Positions 8,569-16,765 of a stretch of 64,000 nucleotides of DNA are shown piece by piece. A model generated the notes under the pieces. It was not told where the DNA came from and ran no database searches. It saw nothing but the letters and a program-made list of their open reading frames with translations. Every line of letters starts with the position of its first letter. Within the stretch, counting starts at the first letter, position 1. Both the position numbers and the translations under genes were made by a program. This DNA is from Streptosporangiaceae bacterium (lineage in GTDB: Bacteria > Actinomycetota > Actinomycetes > Streptosporangiales > Streptosporangiaceae), in assembly GCA_030041135.1 (NCBI GenBank), contig JASHOL010000528.1, positions 6,720-70,719 of the forward strand, in the 5' to 3' direction.

Positions 8569-9045
8569 TTACTGACTGCTTAGCAACAGCACCGGCACCG
8601 GACAACTCTGGACAGCGCAATCGGCCACCTGACCGAGCCGGGACTTGCGGCGCCGTCCGTCGCCGTGCCGGCCCAGCACCAGCACGTCGAAGCCGTGCTC
8701 GGCTGCATACCGGGTCACGACCTGAGCGGGGGTATCGCGATCGGCGTAGACGACCTGGGCGCTCATCCTGACCGCGTTGCCCGTCGGCAGGTCGCGGCGC
8801 AATTCGCCGAACACGATCTCCGCGAGCTCCGCGAGGTGCCTGCCCTCGCCATCCTCGTCGGTGTCGCCGTCAGCTCGCGGCGCGCGCCGGATGACCGAAA
8901 GCGCCACCACGTGCCCCCCGTCGCTGGCTACGATCGCCGCCGCCGCCCTGATCGCGTCGGCCCCGTCCGGCGACCCGTCGAAGCCCGCGAGGACACGCCG
9001 GAACGGCCCGACCGACTTCACCCGAGCCACCCGCCGGTAACGCAT
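8569..9045 (-). CDS. Universal stress protein (UspA family)
   Basis: Contains RRVLAGFDGSPDGADAIRAAA... and the C-terminal VLVLGRHG....SRLGQVADCAVQSCPVPVLLL USP signature. The start is uncertain: ATG at 9045 is chosen, the ORF is open to a TTG at 9087, and GTGs at 9030 and 9021 are also possible. Confidence 0.8.
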   Translation of the reverse strand: MRYRRVARVKSVGPFRRVLAGFDGSPDGADAIRAAAAIVASDGGHVVALSVIRRAPRADGDTDEDGEGRHLAELAEIVFGELRRDLPTGNAVRMSAQVVYADRDTPAQVVTRYAAEHGFDVLVLGRHGDGRRRKSRLGQVADCAVQSCPVPVLLLSSQ

Positions 9046-9097
9046 GTCGCCCGACTCAACGACAGCCTCCAGACTCCCGGCAACCAAAGGACTGCGC

Positions 9098-9143
9098 AGA
9101 GGCCATCAGCGACATTCTTCGCGGTTACGGCGAGCCTCATCGC
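9098..9143 (-). promoter_or_regulatory. Conserved element copy b: AGAGGCCATCAGC-N19-GCGAGCCTCATCGC, upstream of the USP gene
   Basis: Boxes identical to copies a and c. A GACAAT -10-like hexamer on the minus strand (9152-9157) lies 8 nt upstream of the element. Confidence 0.7.
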
Positions 9144-9637
9144 CTGTGGTCATTGTCACGACCTGATCGCCGCCTCACAAGGGTCTCCCGCTATTACCCG
9201 TCTGACGAGCGGACCAGGGTCGGCCTTGACCCGCCCCGCTCCCCATTGCCACACTGCTCGGTGGCGATGGGGCTCGCCTGCAAGCGCGGCGTCCGCCGCT
9301 GACAGTCCCTGTACCAGCCAACTGGTGGTCAGGGTGAGGCATGTCCAGGGTGAGCGAAGACGAGGTCCTACTCCTGTGGCGAGCGCTACGCGGGTTTCGG
9401 TCAGGCCGGCGGCCGGCCTGCTCTGCCCGTGGCAGTCCGCCGACCAGCCCGTGCCCGCTGCATGACCGCTGCCCGCGATGGCAGGGTGAGCCCGACGACT
9501 GGCTGGCCAGCCTGGAGGAGACGTCTGGTCAGACCGAGCGCAGGCGCTCAGCGTGGCCGTGCAGCAGGCTGCTGGAACTGCTGTCACCCGACCTGACGAG
9601 GATCGGCCCGTGACGGCGTGCGGGCGGGGCGGCTAGC

Positions 9638-10867
9638 ATGCCGGCTGCCACCCCGCTCCCCCACGGGCCAACGGTCCTGACCCTGTACGGCGCCGAGGAC
9701 CTGCTGACCGCTCCCGGCTGTCCCGTGTGCCGGTATGCCGGGGAGGCCAGCGACCGTTACTTCGGCTGGTTCGCGCTCGAAGGGCACGCCCAGCCCGGAA
9801 TGATCGCGACACTGGCTGGATCGCTGGGCATGTGCGCCGCGCACAGCCGCAGGCTCATCGGTCAGCCGGGCGCAGCGGTGCGCCTTACCGCCGTCTACCG
9901 GTACGTCGTGACCGCAGCACGGGACCGGCTGGCGGGCAGCACCGCTCCGGTCGCGCCCTGCCCGGCCTGCGAGCACGACGACGCGGCCGCCGGGCGCGCG
10001 CTCGAGACACTGGTGGACGGGCTCGACGACGGGTCGGTCGCAGATCGCTGCCGCGATCTCGGTGGCCTGTGCCTCCCGCATCTGTCGGTTGCCTCCGGCG
10101 GCGCCCGGCGACGGGTAGTTGCCTGGCTGGGTGAGACCGTGCGGGCAACCCTCGCCGCCGGCCAGGACCGGATCGGTTGGCTGGCCGGAGTCGACCATGA
10201 CGCCGGGGCCAGGGCCGCGCTGCGGGCTTCGATCCCCGCCGCCGACACGCCCGCGCCCTGCGCGTGCCCGGCCTGCCTGGCGGCGCTGCGGGCGGAGCGC
10301 GACAGCCTCGCTGTGCTTCCAGCCGGCCCAGGCAGGACGCTAGATTACCCGAATACCGCGCCGGCGCTGTGTCCCGGCCACCTCGCAGATGCGGCCGCCG
10401 CGGCGGCGACGGCGGGCGGATTGCGTGCGCTGCTGGCGTCGCAGGCTGCGGTCCGCGTCGACGGAAACCGGCCGGACGCCGGCCGGTCCCGCTGGCGCCC
10501 AGCCGCTCTCCACCGGGACCGTTCTCCCCGCTGTCCCGTCTGCCGGGCACGCGGCGAGGCCGAACAGCGAGCCCTCACGGGCATTATCAGTGCACTCCGG
10601 AGTTCGCCGCCAGAAGCAGGCCAGAGGGTGCCACTGTGCGCCCGGCACCACCTGGGCGTACGCGCCGCCGCTGGGCGGGCCAGTGAGCCGCTGGCCCGCC
10701 AGGCTGCCGCGACTGCGGACCAGCTCGCCCGCGATCTGGCGGCGGAATTCGACGGCACCACCTGGGCTCGGCGCCAGGGTGCCCCCGCGCCTGAACCCGT
10801 CGCCTGGCGCCGGGCGGCAGAGTTCCTCGACGGAACTGTTTTCGGTGCCAGTCGCCCATCCAGGTAG
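9638..10867 (+). CDS. Cys-rich protein with four CPxC...CxxH modules (putative 4x zinc-ribbon-like; function unknown)
   Basis: The four modules are GCPVCRY...GMCAAH, PCPACEH...GLCLPH, CPACLAAL...ALCPGH and RCPVCRARG...PLCARH. Transcribed divergently from the USP gene. Confidence 0.7.
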   Translation: MPAATPLPHGPTVLTLYGAEDLLTAPGCPVCRYAGEASDRYFGWFALEGHAQPGMIATLAGSLGMCAAHSRRLIGQPGAAVRLTAVYRYVVTAARDRLAGSTAPVAPCPACEHDDAAAGRALETLVDGLDDGSVADRCRDLGGLCLPHLSVASGGARRRVVAWLGETVRATLAAGQDRIGWLAGVDHDAGARAALRASIPAADTPAPCACPACLAALRAERDSLAVLPAGPGRTLDYPNTAPALCPGHLADAAAAAATAGGLRALLASQAAVRVDGNRPDAGRSRWRPAALHRDRSPRCPVCRARGEAEQRALTGIISALRSSPPEAGQRVPLCARHHLGVRAAAGRASEPLARQAAATADQLARDLAAEFDGTTWARRQGAPAPEPVAWRRAAEFLDGTVFGASRPSR

Positions 10868-10920
10868 GACGGCCACCCGCCAGGAGGCAGCGGGTCGCGG
10901 CCAAGGCTGGACCAGCGTGC

Positions 10921-11502
10921 CTAGCCCTGAGCGCCGTCGGGCGAATCGTCCATATCGCGAGGCGTCACAAAACTGGCCAGTAGTGCGCGACCGTGCTCTA
11001 GTTCGGACCACGGCAGCCTGAATTCCAGGACTGCGACTGCCGCAGTCGGGAACTTCGCCGCCATCCGGCCGAGCGCCGTGTCCGGAGTCCGGGGCGCTGG
11101 CTGACCGCCGTGAGCGTAGTCCTGGCCGGCCAGTGCGAGCGCTAGCTCCGGCAGTGCAGGGTCGTGGCCGATGACCATGACGGTTCGCGCCGCGGCTGGA
11201 CGTCCGCGGACAAGTTCGAGCAGGCGGCGCTCGGATGCTTTATAAACCCGCCGGTCGAACGCGGCGGGTGGCTCGACGCCGAGTTCCGGTTGCACGAGCT
11301 GCCACGTCTCGCGGGCGCGGCGAGCCGTTGAACACAGGACGTGGTCTGGAATGTACCCCTCCCGGCGCAGCCACCGTCCCGCGGCCGGAGCGGCTCGGCG
11401 GCCGCGGCCAGCCAGCGGCCGGTCGTGATCTGGGACGTTGCCAGGCCACGCCGACTTGGCATGCCGCAGGAGGACCAGCGTGCGTGCCGAATTCGCCTCC
11501 AT
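10921..11502 (-). CDS. Histidine phosphatase family protein (SixA/PGAM-like)
   Basis: Contains LVLLRHAKSAW (RHG-type motif), ...RPLAGRGRR..., LCSTARRARET and VIGHDPALPEL. Confidence 0.8.
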   Translation of the reverse strand: MEANSARTLVLLRHAKSAWPGNVPDHDRPLAGRGRRAAPAAGRWLRREGYIPDHVLCSTARRARETWQLVQPELGVEPPAAFDRRVYKASERRLLELVRGRPAAARTVMVIGHDPALPELALALAGQDYAHGGQPAPRTPDTALGRMAAKFPTAAVAVLEFRLPWSELEHGRALLASFVTPRDMDDSPDGAQG

Positions 11503-11591
11503 GGCAAGAGCATCTCAGGTCGGCGGGTTGCGAACGGCGGGTGCCCGGCCGGCGTGGCGGAGCAGGCCACGACTAAGTACGGCCCTGGTAG

Positions 11592-11876
11592 TTATCGTTC
11601 GCCGACCAGGCGCGCGCAGACACCGAACAGGTGCAGGTCGGCCGAGACCTCGGCCTGACGGCAGAATGCAGGGATGTCCCCTGTAGCCAGGGATTCCCAG
11701 CACAGGCTGTCGGCCAGCGCGATCGCTCGCTCGGCCGCCGGGGCAAGTGCGGTCAGCGACCCGGCTTCGACCTCGTGGCGCAGGCACACCACATCACGAG
11801 CCGTGTCTGTCGTGGCGACTGCCTGCAATTGCTCGAGACGTACCGACAGCTCGCCGACGAGGTACTCATGCGTCAT
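11592..11876 (-). CDS. Hypothetical protein (94 aa), translationally coupled to the upstream PAP2 gene
   Basis: ATG at 11876 overlaps the PAP2 stop at 11873 (ATGA). No recognisable motif. Confidence 0.45.
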   Translation of the reverse strand: MTHEYLVGELSVRLEQLQAVATTDTARDVVCLRHEVEAGSLTALAPAAERAIALADSLCWESLATGDIPAFCRQAEVSADLHLFGVCARLVGER

Positions 11877-12679
11877 CGCGAATCACCGCGCCTGAGGCGG
11901 AACGGTGCACGCTGCCGCCGCCGGGGGCGCGGGTCAGCCGTTGCCAGTTCGGCCAGGGCCAGCCAGCCCGCGGCGAACAACCAGGCGGCCAGGACGTCGG
12001 TCGCCCAGTGCACGCCGAGGCAGATCCGGCTTCCGCCTACGGCCGCGCCCGCAGTGATGGCTGCGCCGTTGCTGAGTAGAGGCCCGGCACCCACCGCGTT
12101 AGCGCAGGCTCCGGCCGTCAGCACGGCCAGGCTTGTGTGTTTAGAGGGCAGGCTGAACCCCTCCGGCTCGGCCATCCAGATCGTCTCCGGCGGTCGCGGC
12201 CGGGCCACGACTTGCGCAAGCCTCCGGCGTGCAGCCATTCCCGTTATCACTGTAAGGCCGGGCACCCAGCTCGACCGGCGGTCACCCTGGAGCAGCCCGG
12301 CCACCGCGCAGACGGCGATCGGGAGGAAAGCCACCGCTGGCTCAGCCGCGGCGCTGACCCTGCGCGCCGCGCGGATCGCCGCGGGGCTCCGCCTGCTCAC
12401 CACGAGGTTGCTGATGGTCTGATCCAGCTGGTCACGCCAGCTGTCCTGAGCCTGAGCCGCGAGTACGCCGCACCCTATGAAGGCCAGCGCGCATCTGGCG
12501 GCAAGCGGCCATCGCTGTGGCTGACGCGACGTCGGCCGCGACGCGGCAATGCCGACAAAGTCATCAATAGCCGACAAGAGGTAGGCCATGCGTGCGACCC
12601 TCCAGTTCAGGACGCAGGACCCATCGGCCATCAGGCATACAAGCTCGCGCAGGCCGTACGCGGCTTCGGCGGGGTCCAC
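11873..12679 (-). CDS. PAP2-family (phosphatidic acid phosphatase type 2) membrane phosphatase
   Basis: C1-like RRRLAQVVARPRP, C2 PSKH (variant of PSGH) and C3 SRICLGVHWATD are present. The start is uncertain; an internal ATG near 12589 is possible. Confidence 0.7.
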   Translation of the reverse strand: MDPAEAAYGLRELVCLMADGSCVLNWRVARMAYLLSAIDDFVGIAASRPTSRQPQRWPLAARCALAFIGCGVLAAQAQDSWRDQLDQTISNLVVSRRSPAAIRAARRVSAAAEPAVAFLPIAVCAVAGLLQGDRRSSWVPGLTVITGMAARRRLAQVVARPRPPETIWMAEPEGFSLPSKHTSLAVLTAGACANAVGAGPLLSNGAAITAGAAVGGSRICLGVHWATDVLAAWLFAAGWLALAELATADPRPRRRQRAPFRLRRGDSR

Positions 12680-12968
12680 CGCCGAGTGGGCTCACCACTG
12701 CTGCCAGCATAAGCCCGCGCGAGTCAGCAGTCACACGCGGCGAGCCGGGGCTGGCGGTAGCGGGGCGGACGAGGACATGACCGCGGTCGTACGTCAGGCC
12801 GAGCGCATCATCTACGAGGTCCCGCGCCGTCAGCCGATATCACAATCGCCGGTGGCGCTCTGGGCACGGGCCGTCGTTCCACGTAACCTTGAGACGTCGG
12901 CGGAGGGGCCCGCCGTCAAACGCGGACGCGCCGCCAACGGTCCCTGCTGAAGGCAGGAGGCCGTTGTT

Positions 12969-13856
12969 GTGCGTCCGGATGATGTATGTGCCTGTCCGAC
13001 CGCCCCGACCGAGGTTCCAGAAGGCCAGTCAGCAACGGGCCTGCCCGATGCCGACTTGCGGCAACTGATCACGCATCTGTACGTGTGCAGGGGCCAGTCG
13101 ACGTACAGGATCGGCGAGCTCACGGGCATCGGAAGGCAGCGTGTCGGCCGGATGCTCTCCCGCGCCGGAGTCCCGGTCAAGCCGCGAGGCGAGGGCAGGC
13201 CTCGATCGCGTGACGACCAGAGGGTGACGCTCGACCAGCTCATGACCAGGCTTTACGTCGAGGCTCGCCTGTCCTCGGTGCAGATTTCAGCGCTGACCGG
13301 TGTGCCGCACCGCACTGTACGCGCCAGGCTCCGGGCCGCTGGCGTGCGGATGCGCACCAGGGGCGGGCTCAACCGCGAAGATCGCACCGCGGTCCCCGTT
13401 GACGCGCTGATGCGGCTGTACGTCGGGGCGGGCCTGTCGGCAGCCGATGCGGGACGGTTGCTGGGAGTTTCCAGGCAGGTCGTGCTGCGTACGGCGCACG
13501 ACGAGGGTGTCCCGGTGCGGATAGGAGGGCCGCAGCCCAGTCACGGCCCTACCGAGATCGAGCTTGTCAAGGCACTGTACGACGATCCGCTGGTGCGTTC
13601 CGCGCTAGCACGCCACGGTGTTGCCTCCCGGCCTGCGGGAGGCCCGATTTGGCGGCGATTCCCGGTGCCCCTGCCGGTCAGCTCAGAACTGGCGGCGGAG
13701 CTTTACGTTGAGTGCGGACTGGCGGTGCGCCACATCGAGTTGGTCACCGGGCAGGCGGCCCAAACGGTACTGAGGAAGTTGCACGCCAACGGGATCACGC
13801 CCAGGCCACCAGGTGGACGGTCACCCTTTATGCGCAGGTGGCGCACTCCGATGTGA
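12969..13856 (+). CDS. Tandem-HTH repeat protein (four LY..HTH..G(V/I).(V/P).R modules plus one degenerate module)
   Basis: The repeats are LITHLYVCRGQSTYRIGELTGIGRQRVGRMLSRAGVPVKPRG, LMTRLYVEARLSSVQISALTGVPHRTVRARLRAAGVRMRTRG, LMRLYVGAGLSAADAGRLLGVSRQVVLRTAHDEGVPVRIGG and AAELYVECGLAVRHIELVTGQAAQTVLRKLHANGITPRPPG. An AGGAGG Shine-Dalgarno sequence precedes the GTG at 12969. Confidence 0.75.
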   Translation: MRPDDVCACPTAPTEVPEGQSATGLPDADLRQLITHLYVCRGQSTYRIGELTGIGRQRVGRMLSRAGVPVKPRGEGRPRSRDDQRVTLDQLMTRLYVEARLSSVQISALTGVPHRTVRARLRAAGVRMRTRGGLNREDRTAVPVDALMRLYVGAGLSAADAGRLLGVSRQVVLRTAHDEGVPVRIGGPQPSHGPTEIELVKALYDDPLVRSALARHGVASRPAGGPIWRRFPVPLPVSSELAAELYVECGLAVRHIELVTGQAAQTVLRKLHANGITPRPPGGRSPFMRRWRTPM

Positions 13857-13859
13857 GTC

Positions 13860-15938
13860 TTAGTGCAGGCCAGTGACCAGCGCCAGGACGGCAATGAGCG
13901 CGATCAGCATGTAGGCCAGGTACGCGTCGAGGCGGCCCGACTGCAACCGCTGCGCTTGCCGCACCGCGAGCGCGAACGGCCGCCGGAAGGGCCGGTAGAA
14001 GTACTCCTCCGTGACCTCGATGACGTCGGAGCTGTACTCGACATGGGCTGCGGCCGCGCCGGCGTCCGGGTCCCTGGCATCATCACTGACCTCGAGCCTG
14101 GTGACCTCGGCTCGGGTGTGCAGGATGGCGGCGAGCACCCGCCGCGCGGGATTCGCGAAGGCGAAGGCGGTGTAGCTCGCACGTCCGGAGACGCCCGCGG
14201 TGGCTGAGCGCCAGGCCGGGACGCGGCGGACTCGCAGCAGGCGCCCCCCCGATGCGAGCCAGGCCAGCACGGCGACCACCGCGAACAGCGTCGGCATGAC
14301 GATCCAGAGCCACGAAGGCGACAGGATCGAGAAGCCGGCGTACACCGGTTGCAGCACCCAGGGCGACTTCAGCGCCGCTGTCACCGCGGCGGACGGCAGC
14401 ACCGGGACGAGCCCGGCACCGATCATCCTGATCTCGAGCGGTGCCAGCGCGGCCAGCGCCAGGCACGCAGCGGCGAGCGCGACGATGCCTGCCCGGCCGG
14501 CGAGACCGGGATCACCGTCGCCGCTGGCCGCCGCGCTTCGAGGCGAGCCGAGCACGACCAGGCCGACCAGCCGCACGAAGGTCACGCCCGCGAAGCCCGC
14601 GGTCAGCGCCACCGCCGCGCCGGTCACGGCCAGCACCAGCCGGTCAGCCAGCCCCGGCACCCGGAACTGCTGCATGAGCGCCTCGAGCAGGAACCACTCG
14701 GAGACGAAGCCTGCCGTCGGCGGCAGCCCGGCCAGCGTCAGGCTGCCGATCGCGAGTCCGGTGCCGCTCCAGGGCGTCCGCCGCACCGACCCGCGCAGGT
14801 CGTCCAGGTCATCCCGTCCCGCTGCGGCTTCGATTCCTGGGCTGGAGACAAACAGCAGCGATTTCGCCGCGGTGTGGGCGATGACCTGGAGAGTTGCGGC
14901 CAGCAGCCCCGCCGCCGTGAGGGCACGGCTGCCGGTAGCGGCGCCGACCAGGGCCACGCCGAATCCGGCCAGGATGAGGCCGGTGTTCTCCACGCTGGAA
15001 TACGCGATGACGCGCTGCAGGCTGCCCTGCACCGCGGCGTGGGCGATGCCGAGGACGGCGGTCATGCTGGCGAGCAGCAGCAGGACGTCGCTCACCGCAG
15101 CAGGGGGTGGGCCGAGCACGGCCAGCGTGCGCCACAGGCCGTAGAAGCCCACATTGACCGCAACTCCGGCCATGATCGCGCGCGCAGGTCCGGTCGCGGC
15201 GGCGTAACCGCGCGGCAGCCAGACCTGGAACGGGACCAGCCCGACCTTGACCGCGAAGCCCGCCAGCAAGAGCACGCAGGCGGTGGATCGCAGTGGTCCG
15301 TGGGCCACGTGGGCCAGGCCGGCCAGCGTCAGCGATTCTGACCTGGTGACCAGCAGGAGCAGGCCAGCGAGCAGAAACGCGCCACTTATGCGGCCGAATG
15401 CGAGCGTGACTAGCGCGGCCGCCGGACGGCCATGCGTGACCCGGCGGTAACCCGACAGCACCCAGAAGGCCAGCGTCAGCGACTCCCACGCAAACAGCAG
15501 CGTGAACGCGTCCCTCGCGGTGAGCACGACCGCGACCGAGCCGAGGGCGAGTGCGTACCCGGCGCCCAGGCCGCGGCGTCCTGGCCCGCTGGGGCCGATA
15601 GACCACGAGGCGAACGCGAGCGACACAGCCGCCGCCGCGGTGAAGGCGATCACGAGGAACAGGCCGGAGAGCCGGTCTGCGGCGAGTCCCGGAATCACGG
15701 AGAAGCCCGGCCGCGCGCCGATCGCCACGACTCCGAGCAACCCGCCGGACCTGAGCGCCACCGCCCGGCCCGCCAGGGCGGCGGCGCCGGCGACGGCCAG
15801 GCTCACCGAGCCGACGGTGCCTACCAGGTACGGTGCGGCCCGCCACGCCCGCCCCCGCGGCCCGGCTCCCAGGTCAGCCGCGGCCGCAAGGGCGAGCAGG
15901 ATCAAGCCGACGGCCAGCGCGACTCCGAACCCCGTCAT
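13860..15938 (-). CDS. Ehr2 antiporter-like subunit, HyfB/NuoL family
   Basis: ATGA overlap with the upstream gene. Contains WESLTLAFWVL, GFAVKVGLVPFQVWLPRGY and YSSVENTGLI blocks. Syntenic with 730-2748. Confidence 0.85.
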   Translation of the reverse strand: MTGFGVALAVGLILLALAAAADLGAGPRGRAWRAAPYLVGTVGSVSLAVAGAAALAGRAVALRSGGLLGVVAIGARPGFSVIPGLAADRLSGLFLVIAFTAAAAVSLAFASWSIGPSGPGRRGLGAGYALALGSVAVVLTARDAFTLLFAWESLTLAFWVLSGYRRVTHGRPAAALVTLAFGRISGAFLLAGLLLLVTRSESLTLAGLAHVAHGPLRSTACVLLLAGFAVKVGLVPFQVWLPRGYAAATGPARAIMAGVAVNVGFYGLWRTLAVLGPPPAAVSDVLLLLASMTAVLGIAHAAVQGSLQRVIAYSSVENTGLILAGFGVALVGAATGSRALTAAGLLAATLQVIAHTAAKSLLFVSSPGIEAAAGRDDLDDLRGSVRRTPWSGTGLAIGSLTLAGLPPTAGFVSEWFLLEALMQQFRVPGLADRLVLAVTGAAVALTAGFAGVTFVRLVGLVVLGSPRSAAASGDGDPGLAGRAGIVALAAACLALAALAPLEIRMIGAGLVPVLPSAAVTAALKSPWVLQPVYAGFSILSPSWLWIVMPTLFAVVAVLAWLASGGRLLRVRRVPAWRSATAGVSGRASYTAFAFANPARRVLAAILHTRAEVTRLEVSDDARDPDAGAAAAHVEYSSDVIEVTEEYFYRPFRRPFALAVRQAQRLQSGRLDAYLAYMLIALIAVLALVTGLH

Positions 15939-16750
15939 CGCGCGTCACCAGCCGCCGCTGACGTCAGCGGTCCGGCGCTTGCAGGAATCCGGCCCACCGC
16001 CGTCAGGAGCGCCGACAGAATCGCGAACGGGCTAGGCGGCGAGCCTGGCAGCCACACATCGACCGGCACGATGTCACCTACGCCGCCGCTAACGGCGTAG
16101 GACGGGCTGACGATGCCGCCGCCCACCGCGTCCGTCCCGACCGCGATGACCACCTTCGGATCGGGCATCGCGTCGTAAGTCTCGCGTAGCGGCCCGGCCA
16201 TGCCGCGCGCGCCCGCCCCGGTGACCAGCAGGATGTCGGCGTGCCGCGGGCTGGCCGTGAAGAACAGGCCAAGCCGGTGAATGTCGTACACCGGGTTGAG
16301 GAGCGCCATGATCTCCCACTCCTCGCTGCCGTCGGATCCAGCGTCGACGTGACGCAGGTGCACCGAACGGCGCAGGGCCCTCGTGCGGACGCGGAGCCGG
16401 TCGCTCACCTCACGGAGCGCGTCCGGGCTCTCGGCAGCCGGTACCACCAACTCCGGCCGGGTGAGCGTCGCGCGATGCGGGTCGGCCGACCAGGCGAAGA
16501 CGTCCGGCCGGGCGGCGACGCAGCGGCCGCAGAGGATGCACTTGCCCTGGTCGACGCGGATGCCACCATCCTGATCCGCGCTGATCGCATCGACCGGGCA
16601 CAGTCGCGCCGCCTCAGCCGCCGGGAGCGCGGCAGCGGCCGGGCCCGGCTTGACTGTTGCCGGTCCGCGCGTCGCGTTCGCGTAAACGTCCGGTCGTCCC
16701 GGCCATCCGGTCGTCAGGACGCCGTTGCGCAGTCCGCGCAAGACCCACAT
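15935..16750 (-). CDS. Ehr2 fused HycF-like ferredoxin domain plus HycG/NuoB-like small subunit; all NuoB-type Cys ligands are substituted
   Basis: The N-terminal part has GLRNGVLTTGWP, LCPVDAI and CILCGRCVAARP. The C-terminal part aligns to the Ehr1 small subunit but reads GSDGSEEWEI, VGTDAVGG and LPGSPPSP in place of GSCAACEQEI, TGACALGG and IPGCPPSP. Confidence 0.85.
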   Translation of the reverse strand: MWVLRGLRNGVLTTGWPGRPDVYANATRGPATVKPGPAAAALPAAEAARLCPVDAISADQDGGIRVDQGKCILCGRCVAARPDVFAWSADPHRATLTRPELVVPAAESPDALREVSDRLRVRTRALRRSVHLRHVDAGSDGSEEWEIMALLNPVYDIHRLGLFFTASPRHADILLVTGAGARGMAGPLRETYDAMPDPKVVIAVGTDAVGGGIVSPSYAVSGGVGDIVPVDVWLPGSPPSPFAILSALLTAVGRIPASAGPLTSAAAGDAR

Positions 16751-16765
16751 CTAATGCCTCGCCAT

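Noticed and set aside
9144-9637. ORFs 9156-9587 (-), 9341-9613 (+) and 8665-9465 (+) in the large gap of about 490 bp between the USP and CPxC genes.
   Set aside because: No motifs, no convincing Shine-Dalgarno sequences, and mutually overlapping frames. The region may hold promoters or an sRNA, but I cannot support a CDS.
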